A stretch of DNA of 64,000 nucleotides. It comes from the human T2T-CHM13v2.0 reference genome, Homo sapiens. Shown here piece by piece: positions 10,991-23,220 of the stretch (position 1 is its first letter; each line of letters begins with the position of its first letter). The DNA is taken from assembly GCF_009914755.1 (NCBI RefSeq), contig NC_060925.1. One strand, given 5' to 3'. Position numbers and translations under genes: made by a program. Below the pieces are notes generated by a model. That model searched no databases. It was not told where the DNA came from and saw nothing but the letters and a program-made list of their open reading frames with translations.

Positions 10991-13876
10991 CATTGGGCAT
11001 CTGGCAAGATGGCTGAATAGGAAAAGCATTGGTCTACAGCTTCCAGTGAGACCAATGCAGAAGGCAGGTGATTTCTGCATTTGCAACTGAGGTACTCAGT
11101 TCATCTCATTGGGACTGGATGGACAACGACTGCTGCCCATGGAGGTGAGCAGAAGCATGGTGGGGTGTTGCCTCACCATGGAAGTGCAAGGGGCCAGGGC
11201 CCTCCCTCCCCCAGCCAAGGGAAGGTGTGAGGGACTGTGCTATCTGGCCCAAACAGTATGCTTTTCCCATGGTTTTTGCAACCCGCAGACCAAGAGATAT
11301 CCTCATGTGCCTACACCACCAGGGCTCTGGATTTCAAGCACGATATTGGGCGGCTGTTTGGACAGTCACCATGCTAGCTGCAGGAGTTTTTTTTCTCATA
11401 CCCCAGCAGTGCCTGGAATCCCAGCGAGACAGGACTGTTCACTCCCCTGGAAAGGGGGCTGAAGCCAGGGAGCCAAGTGGTCTTGCTCAGTGGGTCCCAC
11501 TCCCATGGAGCCCAGCAAGCTAAGAACCACTGACTTGAAATTCTCACTGGCAGCACAGCAGTCTAAAGTCAAACTGGGATGATCGAGTTTGGTGAGGGGA
11601 GGGGCGTCCGCCATTACTGTGGCTTGAGTAGGCAGTTTTCCCCTGACAGCATTAAGGAGACTGAGATATTCGGACTGGGTGGAACTCACCACAGTGCAGC
11701 AAAGTGGCTGTGGCTAGACTGCCTCTCTAGGTTCCTCCTCACTGGGCAGGACATCTCTGGAAGAAAGACAGCAGCCCTAGTCAGGGGCTTATAGATAAAA
11801 CTCCCATCTCCATTGCACAGAGACACTAGGGGAAGGAGCTGCTGTAGGTGAAGCTTTAGCAGACCTAAATGTCTCTACCTGCTGGCTCTGAAGAGAGCCA
11901 CGGATCTCCCAGCACAGCGCTCAAGCTCTGCTAAGGGACACACTGCCACCTCAAGTAGGTCCCTGACCCGGGTGCCTCCTGACTGGGAGACACCCCTCAG
12001 CAGGGGTCAACAGACACTTCATACAGGAGAGTGCCAGCTAGCATCACGTGGGTGCACCTCTGGAACAAAGCTTCCAGAGGAAGGAGCAGGCAGCAATCTT
12101 TGCTTTTCTGCAACCTCCACTTCAGGCAAACAGGGTCTGGAGTAGACCTCCAGCAAATTCCAGCAGACCTGCAGAAGAGGGGCCTGACTGTTAGAAGAAA
12201 AACTAACAAACAGAAAGCAATAACATCAACATCAACATCAACTAAAAGCAACCCCCAAAAAACCCCCCTCTAAAGGTCATCAGCCTCAAAGATCAAAGTT
12301 AGATAAATCCACAAAGATGAGGAAAAATCAGCAAAAAAAGGCTAAAAATTCCAAAAACCAGAATGCCTCTTCTCCTCCAAATGATTGTAACTCCTCTCCA
12401 GCAAAGGCACTAAACTGAATGGAGAATGAGTTTGACAAATTAACAGGAGTAGGCTTTAGAAGGTGGGTAATAACAAACTCCTCTGAGCTAAAGGAGCATG
12501 TTCTCACTCAATTTAAGGAAGCTAAGAACTTTGATAAAAGGTTACAGGAACTGCTAAATAGAATAACCAGTTTAGAGAAGAACATAAATGACCTGATGGG
12601 GCTGAAAAACACAGCACGTGAACTTCATGAAACATACACAAGTATCAAAAGCTGAATCAATCAAGCAAAAGAAAGGATATCAGAGATTGAAGATCAACTA
12701 ACTGAAATAAGGTGGGAAGACAAGATTAGAGAAAAAAGAATAAAAAGGAATGAACAGGGCCTCCAAGAAATATGGGACTATGTGAAAAGGCCAAACCTAC
12801 GATGGACTGGTGTACCTGAAAGTGACAGGGAGAATGGAACCAAGTTGGACAATACACTTCAGGATATCATGCAGGTGCACTTCCCCAACCTAGCAATACA
12901 GACCAACATTCAAATTCAGAAAATATAGAGAACACAACGAAGATATTTCTTGAGAAGAGAAGCCCCAAGACACATAATCACCAGACTGGTTGAAACAAAG
13001 GAAAAAAATGTTAAGCGCAGCCAGAGAGAAAGGTAGGTTATCTGCAAATGAACCCCATCAGACTAACAGCAATCTCTCTGCAGAAACCCTACAAGCCAGA
13101 AGAGAGTGGGGGCCAATATTCAACACTCTTAAAGAAAAAAATTTTCACCCCAGAATTTCATATCCGCCAAACTAAGCTTCATAAGCAAAGGAGAAATAAA
13201 ATCCTTAACAGACAAGCAAATGCTGAGGGATTTTGCCACCACCAGGCCTGCCTTACAAGAGCTCCTGAAGGAAGCAGTAAATATGGAAAGGAAAAACCAG
13301 TACCAGCTACTGCAAAAACACACCAAAATATAAAGACCAATGACACTATGAAGAAACTGGCTCAACTAATGTGCAAAATAACCAGCTAGCACCATGATGA
13401 CAGGGTCAAATTCACACATAACAATATTAACCTTAAATGTAAGTGGGCCAAATGCCCCAGTGCTAAATGCCCAATTAAAAGACACAGACAGGCAAATTGG
13501 ATAAAGAGTCAAGACTCATTGGTGTGCTGTATTTAGGAGACCCATGTGACACACATAGGTTCAAAGTAACGTGATGGAGAAATACTTGCCAAGCAAATGG
13601 AAAACAACAACAACAAAAAAGGCAGGGGTTGCAATCCTAGTCTCTGATAAAACAGACTTTTAGCCAAGAAAGATAAGAAAAAAAAAAAAAAAAAAAAAAA
13701 AGAAGAAGGGTATTACATAATGGTAAAGGAATCAATGCAACAAGAAGAACTAACTATCCTAAAAATATAGGCACCCAATACAGGAGCACCCAGATTCATA
13801 AAACAAGTTCCTAGAGACTGTCAAAGAGACTTAGACTCCCATACAGTAATAGTGGGGAACTTTAACACCCCACTGA
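10991..13876 (+). mobile_element. L1PA 5' portion: 5'UTR, disrupted ORF1 (ATG 12317), start of ORF2 endonuclease (ATG 13397); 3'-truncated
   Basis: caagatggctgaatagg 5'UTR start; ORF1 coiled-coil peptides (MENEFDKLTGVGFRRWVITN...); ORF2 MTGSNSHITILTLNV through G(N)FNTPL; stops and frameshifts present. Confidence 0.92.
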
Positions 13877-15270
13877 AATACAATTTAGAAATAAAAAACA
13901 GAACACAGCAATACAGGCAGCAGAGATTACAAAAAGAATGCTAATACTATAAATAACTCAGGGTAATATACTTGAACAGTTTAGTGAATAATTTTCTAGA
14001 AAAATATAACCTACTAATACAGTCCCAAGAAGAAATATAACCACAAAGTACTATTATTTTAAAAATTACAAATTACACGTCTACCTGAGGAAGAACAAGA
14101 CCAAAGCAGACCCAAACAGTTACAGAAGTAAATTAATTCAATTCACTCAGCAGTTTTTACTTGAACATCTATGAGGGTAGAGGTAATGTTCATCAAATGA
14201 TTTCCTTTGTATTTTCCTGGCCACATTGGAAGATTACATTCTCTCCAGACTCTTCTGCAGTTTGGTGAACTATGTGATTGAATTTTGATCAATGGAATGT
14301 GGTTTCTTAAGATCCAGGGTCAGACACAAAAGAAATGCCTGACTTTCCTTGTCCCAGTGGCTTCAAGCAAAGGACTCCTGTGTGGTATTGTCAGGTAATG
14401 GAAGGAGCCTGTGTGCCAAGTCACTGCTTGAACGTAAACTGCCAGGGAGAGCTGCTCAATGTAACAGAAATGATGTAATTAGGAAATAAATTCTTATTTT
14501 CTAAAATTCCAAGATTCCAGGGTGGTTGTTATAGCAAGTAGTGTAAACTATCCTACAGATACACCTGCATTTGATATCCTTCTAGGATTTTGGGATACAT
14601 CAGTGCTCACAACAGAGAGCACCTGCTCTCCTAGAATATATATTCTAGTTGAGGAGGTGACAGATAGATAAAATTTCATGTAATAAAAATATACAGTATG
14701 TAAAAAGTGTGAGTCGTTATGGAAAAAATAAAATTAGAGCAAGGTAAGGAGGATCAGGAATTCTGGGAGTGAGGGGAGGACTGGCACATTGCTCTTTGAA
14801 ACAGAAACCAAGGAGGCCTCACTGAGAAGGTGAGATTTTCAGAGTAGAAGGAGGTGAGAGAGTCGGTCATACTCACTCCCACCAACGTTCAAGCAACAGA
14901 TAAACCAAATCTCATACAAACTATTAAGAAGAATGAGAAAGAAGGAATATTCTGCAATGCATTTGATGAAGTTTGTTTAAAATTGCTACAAAATCCAGTA
15001 CAACAGGAAAGGAAGAGAAAGGAAAATGATAGTTCAATCTCACTTATGAACATAGAGATAACAATGGTAAACAAAATACTAAGAAACCAAGTCTAGTAAT
15101 GTTTAGATATTTAAAAAAAACCAAAAAAACAAAAACAAAAACCAGCCCCCAAACCAAATTGGATTCATCCTTGGAATCAAAGAATGGTTTAACATTGGAA
15201 AGACCTATTTGTGAACCCCAGTACATTAATTAGCAAGCAGGTTTAAAGAGATGAGTCGCATATTATCTCG
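13877..15270. mobile_element. Mosaic of old L1M ORF2 fragments, an old ERVL/MaLR LTR (~14180-14563) and an antisense L2 end (~14570-14860)
   Basis: ttttctagaaaaatataac...; EGIFCNAFDEV...ISLMNI (L1 RT-like); LTR tail gttatagcaag...gataca. Confidence 0.55.
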
Positions 15271-15282
15271 TTATAACTAAAG

Positions 15283-15694
15283 TGTTTGTGTGGTTCATTG
15301 TCATTGTTAGAAAGGAATAATACCTGAGGCTGGTTAATTTATAAAGAAAAGAGCTTTATTTATGGCTCATAATTCTGCAGGCTGTACAGAAGCACGGCAG
15401 TGGCATCTGCTCCTGGTGAAGCCTCAGGAAGCTTCCAATCATGGTGGAAGGTGAAGAGGAGCTAGAATGTTACATGGTGAGAGAGGGAGCAAGACGGGTG
15501 AGGGAGACGCCACACTGTTAAACAAGCAGATCTCACATGACCTCAGAGCAAGAACTCACTCATTACTGCAAGAAGGACACCAAGCCATTCATGAGGAATC
15601 CACCCCCATGACCCAAACACCTTCTACTAGGCCCACCTCCAACATTGCAGGTCACATTTCAACATGAGGGGACAAAATGTCCAAACTACATCAA
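15283..15694 (-). mobile_element. MSTB-like MaLR solo LTR
   Basis: aatttataaagaaaagag...ggctcataattctgcaggctgtac...cccatgacccaaacacc...ggcccacctccaac. Confidence 0.85.
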
Positions 15695-16670
15695 TACAAC
15701 TAAATTTCCACTTAGAAAAAAACTCATAGAAATCCAGGAACGGATGCATTGTTAGTGGAAGTGTTTTGAGATGCCCCTGGGACATGTCCTGAAAGGAAGA
15801 GGCTGCCCTTATTTGATTCCCCGTCCTGCTGCTTAGGGTGGTGTGATGAGTGGAGTCCAGGCTGTCATTTTTGACAGAGAAGCCAGGAATTCAGGACAGT
15901 AATGCACAAGACACTTGGGTTTCAGTGCTGTTGCTATGTCCTGTTATAATACCCTTTAATCTATACAAAATCATCTGTACCCTGGCTAGCTTTCTTACTG
16001 AATAACTTTTAACCTACTAATAATATTTAAATGAACCTCATTGGTTTCTGAAACGTATAGGTTACTTGTAAATTTTTTTGTTAGGCTGGAAGATGATCTT
16101 TGGCATTTTCCCCTTTCCTACATGCTGTGGAGGAAAAGTTAAATACACAATTGAAAGTGGACACAAACAATGGTCACCAACAGGTGTGTAAGCCCCTTGA
16201 TGCATTCATCCAGCACTGTTCCAGAGGAATCTCTATTTCAATCTATTCCTATATGTTAGTTATTGAAAAACAACAGACAATTACAAAACCAAGTTGACCT
16301 TTTTGTGTTCCTTGAGCCCAGTCTCAAGGGGCCCTCATGACTGGGCCTCATGCCGAACAACTTACAAAAAGACCTAGGGTCCCAGGCCACACCAAAGCTT
16401 CATGAAACCTCTCCTTGTTCTGTGCACAGATGGGTGGCTGACTCTGGAGCCCAGGCTATTGCTTCCCCATCTGGTGATGATTCCTCTATAATCTGGTGAA
16501 TATATATTTATATCTTTTTCCTTCTTCCCTTCCCATTGCAATTATCTTATTATATCATTTGCTTATTAAATCCGTATTGCCATATACTTGGGATAAAGGC
16601 TGTTTACCCTTAAAGGTATTGTGTGTGTCTTTTCTTTCCCCTTTGCATGTTTCCTGCACAGAACATTTTT

Positions 16671-16690
16671 TGGTGTCATGAACAGGATTC
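16671..16690 (+). promoter_or_regulatory. Primer-binding site, tRNA-Ser(CGA)-like
   Basis: TGGTGTCATGAACAGGATTC equals TGGCGTCACGAACAGGATTC with two CpG-decay changes; lies 5 nt after the LTR end. Confidence 0.75.
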
Positions 16691-16702
16691 AAAAATAAAA
16701 GT

Positions 16703-17398
16703 ATGTCATTTTTTAGCCGAAAGAACAGAGCTGGAGGCTCAAGGACTTCCCATATCCCGGATGGGAACTCCCCTAGTTCTCCCCTCTGGGCGATTATATG
16801 GTCCAGGGGAACTGGCCTTTGTGAAAACTGGGAATCTAAATTAGTGCATTATAAACCACTGGCTGTGCATGAGGCACTGCAGGGAATCCCAGTTGGTAAA
16901 GGGGACACTGAGGGAATTTCCTGGTGGGGATGGGGCTTGCTTACTCCTTATAAGTTAATATATCAAGGTAGGGACTGGTTGCTACAAGAGAAATGTAAGC
17001 TGGAAAAGGAAAATGCTAATCTGACTTGCAGACTGGTCCTGACCCAATGCCAGACCTATGTCTTGACTCATCAGCCTCAAAGCTATCAGCTTATTGCTGA
17101 AAAAAAGCAGCTGTCCGAGTTGCCAGGTCAGGGTAAAACTGAAGAATTAGTTAGCCGGGACTTGGAGCAGATAAAAACCCAGCTCCTATCTCAAGAATGG
17201 GAAATTAACCCTAGTAAAATTCAAGGACCTGCACAAACTGTAAAGTTCCTTGGCATCCTATGGAATGCAGGGAAACAGTCAATTTTACCAAAGACTAAGG
17301 CTAAAATACTAGATTTGCAACACCTACCACTAAAAAGGAGGCCCAAAATTTATTGGCTTGTTTGGATTCTGGAGACATCATATTTCCCACTTGAGTAA
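16703..17398 (+). CDS. 231-aa ERV ORF fusing gag N-terminus to RT C-terminal part (coding status unproven)
   Basis: ATG just downstream of the PBS; coiled-coil-like gag part (WLLQEKCKLEKENANL), then RT motif WEINPSKIQGPAQTVKFLGILW. Confidence 0.35.
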   Translation: MSFFSRKNRAGGSRTSHIPDGNSPSSPLWAIIWSRGTGLCENWESKLVHYKPLAVHEALQGIPVGKGDTEGISWWGWGLLTPYKLIYQGRDWLLQEKCKLEKENANLTCRLVLTQCQTYVLTHQPQSYQLIAEKKQLSELPGQGKTEELVSRDLEQIKTQLLSQEWEINPSKIQGPAQTVKFLGILWNAGKQSILPKTKAKILDLQHLPLKRRPKIYWLVWILETSYFPLE

Positions 17399-18428
17399 CA
17401 TTTTACAAGCTCTTCATGCAGTCACTCTATAGAAAACACTATGGCTTTCACTGGGGAAAGAAAGAGAACATGGCTTTGAACAAGCTAAACAAGCGGTGCA
17501 ACTGGCCCTGGATCTATGGCCCTTACAGGATGGGCCGTAACTGCAAGTAACTGTCCTAGATCAACACGCTGATTGGAGCCCTTGGCAAAAACAAGATGGG
17601 AAGAGGGTGCCTTGGGGTTTTGGATCTGGAAGCTGCCAGAGGCCGGCAAAGCTTATAACCCTTCTGAAAAGCAACTGTTAGCTTGCTGTTGGGCTTTGCT
17701 GGAAACAGAGCACCTCTGCTTCAACCATGATGTCTTTATGAGGCCTGAAATTCTTATTATGACTTGGGTCATGAGCTCCCCCAAAACCCATTGAACAGGG
17801 CACGCTCAAAAAAGTAGCTTTATAAAACGGAAATGGTATATACAAGATAGGGCTAAGCCAGGACCAAAGGGGGTATTGTTTTTACAAAATTTGCCAACTC
17901 AGGAAACCACTGAGCAAGTCCTGCAGATGGGGATCTTTCCCCATCCAATGGGAAAAATACTTTAAAGAACTAAGCCCAAAGGATCAGAAACATTTTTGGT
18001 TTATTGATGGATCCACCAAATATGTTGGTGGGACCCAATGCTAGAAGGCCATGGCTTATAATCCTGTTAAAAAAAATACGCATTTCTGATGAAGAAAGGG
18101 GTGGGAGCAACCAGCTGGCTGAATTGGTAGCCATCCTCTGAGCTATTCAGGAGGAGGCCAGAGGGATTTTTCACTTGTATACCAACTCTTGGTCAGTAGC
18201 AAATGGTCTTACTGCCTGGATTGGCAGTAAACAAAACAAATGATTAACTGGGAATAAAGAGGTTTGGGGAAAACAATACTAGGAATACTAGGAAGATATC
18301 TAAATCCTGGGGCACACCACCATTATCACTGTTTTCCATATTGATGCTCATGCATCTCTGCTTTCTCTTAGAAGACTGTTTAATCACAGGCAGATCAACA
18401 GGCCAAAATTGCCACCACAACTGCAAAC

Positions 18429-18682
18429 TTGAATGCGGATGAATGGATTACAACACGTTCAAGCCTTGCAGTGAGAGGCATTACAGTGTATGATGGTATA
18501 ATTGATAGTGATTACTGGGGAGAGTTAAAAATCATACAATACTACCTCAGATTCTTTTGCCATAAAGCTGCACATGCAGATTGCCCAGCTACTGGTAGCA
18601 CCCTGTCAGCAGTTTACCCCAGAGGAAATTTCTGCCCCAATAGAAACAACATATACAACTGGAGATTTGGGTCCACCGGAGT
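18429..18682 (+). pseudogene. Retroviral dUTPase remnant
   Basis: RSSLA (motif 2), GIIDSDYWGEL (motif 3), IAQL (motif 4, shifted frame), RFGSTG (motif 5). Confidence 0.85.
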
Positions 18683-18899
18683 GGGCTTAAGTCCTGGGAC
18701 TTAAGTGGACATTTAAGTCCTGGGGCCAAAGTATGGGTAAAGCACCCAACAGATCCCGCCCCCTAGGGCTGGTGATCTTATAGCTATGGGGGCAGAAAAT
18801 GAAGAGGTAATACAATTTTCTAAAGAAGAAGGAAAAAAAAATCATGTTTCTCTCTGTTTTTGTTACTACAGAGAATAACCTGTCTGCTAGTAATGACTA

Positions 18900-20075
18900 C
18901 CTAGAGAGTCATGTCTGAGGACGAAAACGAGTTCATCAACTGAGTAACCACTGCTGGCTAAGAGTTGAATTGCGAGAGGCTGCAGGAAATGGACTACCCT
19001 GGAGAGTCATCCCTGCCAACATTTCCGAATGGCTATGTCACTACCAATGGGGCCACAAAAACAACACTTGCAATCCAACCCGGACATCCTTTGACCAAAC
19101 CAAGCAATCTATCTTTGCCCAAGTCAGGTGAAAGGTGAACTCCACCCTTTTGATGCCTTGCATCAAAAGCCTTGTTATGCTGCCCAATATGCCTGGAAAG
19201 GCTTATACTGGGAGCCTGCTGTGCTGGTAGCTGGACTCCATATAGCCCCACTTTGTTTGGAGGCCTTAAATGGCTCCTCCAATGCCACTCTGGGGTTTCT
19301 CCCACCAGACAATTGTCAATTGTCAATTTCTCCCCCAGTGAAACACAATCTCTTTCCTACTTTAGTAACACCATATACACTATAATTACAGTAAAACCAT
19401 TGCTGTCTCCTGGGGGCCCTCTGGGTATGCGGATCCTATGGGTGGTGATACCTGCCCCGACATTGGATGGAGACATGCACTTAGGGGTGGCCATTAATTG
19501 CATTCACGGTCCAGGATAATATCCCCCTCCCCAGTAATCTAGATGCTTACAAACCTCGCTGGTTACAAATGCACTGGACTCCCTGGTGGTGGTACCCTAT
19601 CACAGTATTCTCCCCTGCCACTGGTATAATCCTGCTACAACAACAAATTAAAATATTAAGCTTACATGTAGAAAAAGCTCTTAATGATAGTAGCACTGGG
19701 CTTATGTTTTTATCGGATGAATTTGCTCAGCTTCATACTGTTGTGTTACAAAATTGAATGGCATTACCTATGCTTACCACAGCCCAAGGAGGGGTTTGCA
19801 CCTTACTGCATACTGAATGTTGTGTGTATATTCCTGATGATTCTCACAATATTACTGTCCTTGCCCAAGATATGCAAAAACAAGTAAAACAGTTAGAATC
19901 TAACCATCAGCACCCCATCTTGGACTGGCTGTCTAACTGGCATTGGCATTGGCCGTGGTAGGTGTAGTTTTTTATTAATTATGTCTTTAATCCTCCTGTG
20001 CTTGCCCTGTATCTGTAATCTATAACAACTATGCCTTCCCATGTATCTGTAAGGGTATTTTCCTACAATTGAGTA
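18900..20075 (+). pseudogene. Gamma-type env remnant
   Basis: LQN*MALPMLTTAQGGVCTLLHTECC: immunosuppressive domain with a CGA>TGA-type stop plus CX6CC; followed by Trp-rich and hydrophobic segments. Confidence 0.85.
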
Positions 20076-20766
20076 TCAAATTGAGGCCAAATGTGGAGGA
20101 AAAGTTAAATACTAAATTTGAACTCAATTGAACATGGACACAAACAAAAGTCATCAAGTTCCAGAACAGGTTGTATGAGCCCCTTGATGCATTCATTCAG
20201 CACTGTTTCAGAGGAATCTCTATTTCAATCTATTCCTATACCTTAGTTATTGAAAAACAACAGACAATCACAAAAACAAGTTGACCTTTTTGTGTTCCTT
20301 GATCCCAGTCGCAAAGGGCCCTCATGACTGGGCCTCATGCCGAACAACTCGTTACAAGAAGAGCTAGGGTCCCAGGCTGTGTCAAAGCTTCATGAGCCCT
20401 CTCCTTGTCTGTGCACGGATGAGTGACCGACTCTGGAGCCCAGGCTGTTGCTTCCCGGTCTGGTGATGAATCTTCCATAGTCTGGTGAGTGTAGTGGTCA
20501 ACTCTGGAGCCCAGGCTGCTGCTTTTTGGGCTGATAATGAATCCTCCATAGTCTGGTGAGTGTAGTGTCCAACTCTGGAGCCCAGGCTGTTGCTTTCCAG
20601 TCTGGTGATGAATCCTCCATAATCTGTTGAATGTAAATATGTAGATATCTTTTCCCTTTTCCCCTTCTCATTGCAATTTGCTTATTATATCATTTGCTTA
20701 CTGTATCATTTGTTTACTATATCATTTGCTTATTATATCTGTATTGCTATTCACTTGGGATAAAGG

Positions 20767-23220
20767 TGACAAAGCAGGAGCATCACCATCATGAACAAGC
20801 ACCTCATTTTAAAATTCACCTTAAACAATAACTGCCTAAATCCAAAGGGCATCAGTCTAATGGCTAAGATCAACATGATCATAAACAACAAATAACATCT
20901 CCAACCAAAAACATTTCAAACTCTTCCTCAACCAGAGACATGCTAGTCCCAAGATAACCCCACTCTGGCCAGGAAGATGTCAGTCCCCAAATAACCCCAC
21001 TCCTGCTGGAAAGATGTCTGCCCCAAAATAACCTCCCCTCCTTCCAGAGACATTCCAACCCCTCTATAAAACTTCTCCCTCACACAAAAACATTCCAAGC
21101 TTGCAATAAGCCCCTTCACCCTAAAACCAATATATACTCTTAGTCTGTAAAAAAACAAAAGCACTCAAAACCAAAAATCAGCCAGACACCCCTCTCATGT
21201 TTTATCTAAAGTAAACCTGTCTTTAACTGTCAGCTGCATTTTGTGTTTCTTTCCTCTTTCTTTAAGTCTTACATTTGGTGCTGAAACCTGGGACGGGTGC
21301 TGATGGCAGAGGCTCTCTTGCAACCCAGGAAGCAATAGGCAATGGCAGCTCATCCTAAGTTAAGTCCTGGATCCTGAGGGTCTCTGGCCATCTGCCTCAT
21401 CTTTTCTCTCACTTCACTTTTCAAGCAATTTGGGTGAGGAGGACAACTAATCTAAAGGGGACTGTGAGGCTCTGGCCGGGGCTACTCCCCAGCGAGTTCT
21501 CTAAACCCTCAAATCTCAGGAATCCACCTCTAACCACCCACAATGGGTATTTCACTCTCTCCCCTCCTCCTCCTTATCTTCCCTTCTCCTTCTTTCTCTC
21601 TTTCTCTCTTCCTTGTGCAGCTCCAGCCTGAAGGACCCTTTGCCGATTCTAACCAGAACACCCAACATCAGACATTAATCCAGCTGAATAATAAGATCTG
21701 CCCTCCCCTGGCTTTATCTCAGTACCTGGGAAAGTCAGATCTGCTGTCCCAGTCCTTGAAGGACCAGTGGGACTAAGCTAGAGGAAATCTGGGGGGACAC
21801 CCAATTTCTTCTCAGCTTGACTGTCCTCTTTAGAGAAAGGATTTCGAGTCTCTGTCTTTTGTCTGGGGATGCCTAAAACAAAAAGAGACACCCTCAGCTT
21901 CTTCTCACAAGTCCACATGGGTGCCAAACAATCCCACATTCCTATACCCTCTCCACTGTGCTGTCTCCTTCACAACCTCACCAAACTTGGCTTAAGCATT
22001 TAGTCTTTTATTACAACACAGCCCAACCCCAATACACATTAGATAATGACAGCCGATGGCCCAAAACTGGCACCTTTAACTTGCAAATTCTCAGGAACCT
22101 TGACAACTTTATAACCAGGAATGGCAAATGGCAAGAGGTTCTCTATGTTCAGGCTTTCTTCTACTTCTACCTTAAATCCCAACCCTCACTGTGTCAAGCT
22201 TCCAGCTCTCATAAAATCTTTCTTAATAAAAACCCTCCCCAGGTCTCTCTCTCCTCCAAAACTCCTTTTAACTCATTCTTCCTTTCCAGGAAGTGGCTGG
22301 GGCTGAATACATTGCTTGCGTTCATGTCCCTTTCTCCATGTCTGATTTGTCGCAGATCAAAGTTGTAAGTATATTCAAAGGCCTTTATGTTTTTCTCTTC
22401 ACCAATCTTGTTTTCCTGGAAAAGGTTTTTTCCCAGTTAACTGAATTACTTTTCTCCACTCTGTCTTGCCACTATTTTGCATGTATAAAAAACCCTAAAA
22501 TGACTTCTGGTGGCCTGGGACTTCTTGGGAAAACAGAAAAGTCACCACAAATCCCATTTGGGAAAAAATCTGTTTTCCTTATGGAACCCCTGGAATTAAA
22601 GGTAAATAAGTACCTCTCAAAATTTGTCTTTGTCTTCCAGCTGTACTTGTTTGGCCCTAAAAACTGTTTTCCTGGCCCCGTTCTTAAAGGGCCTCACCCA
22701 AAGGCCAAAATCCAATTGGGAAATTAGCAAAAGAAAGATCTTATAACTACCGAATCTTCTTCTGGTTGTCTGTGTGGCTATATATGTGTTAGGTATGCAA
22801 TATCTACTTAAAATGATTTAATTAATAGGCCTAAGAACAATACACTTAAATCAAAAAATTTTAAGGAAAAGGTAAAAGCTGTGATCATTCAGTTCACGTG
22901 ACTTTAATTTTTTAAACTTACTGGTATAGTAAAATTAGAAATGTCTTAAAAGTTGCCAGCATGCATTTTTGTTTGCATTTTTAATCAAGCAATTTCATAC
23001 TTATCTCTGCCAAATACTATAAGGTGTCAAAATTTGGCAAAAAGGCTACAAAACTATAACTCAGCCCAAAAAATAATCTTTGCATGTGTAATTTTTTAAT
23101 AAATAAAACATTAATATTGGTTTAATGAAAATAGCTACATCTTAAACTATTTAGTAAAATACCCTAGCTTCTAATCTTGTGGCCTTAGGCAGTCTAGTCC
23201 ACAGACATGAAAGGAGAGTT
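20767..23220 (+). mobile_element. ERV1 (LTR19/HERV-F-like) 5' LTR (20767-21273), tRNA-Phe PBS, gag start and non-coding internal sequence; 3' part missing
   Basis: PBS TGGTGCTGAAACCTGGGA at 21276-21293 (Phe consensus TGGTGCCGAAACCCGGGA); gag ATGGGT at 21917; peptide LVFYYNTAQPQYTLDNDSRWPKTGTFN...KWQEVLYVQAFF. Confidence 0.8.

Larger units (their letters stand above)
16126..20766 (+). mobile_element. Class III (ERVL/HERV-S-related, probably LTR66/HERVL66-type) internally deleted provirus
   Basis: 5' LTR 16126-16665 and 3' LTR from 20092 both begin TGTGGAGGAAAAGTTAAATA. Also present: PBS, gag N-terminus, RT/RNase H remnants (WEINPSKIQGP..VKFLG; EKQLLA..WALLETE), dUTPase and env TM. Confidence 0.88.

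Noticed and set aside
12317-13876. Active L1
   Set aside because: ORF1 and ORF2 contain stops and frameshifts, and most of ORF2 is missing
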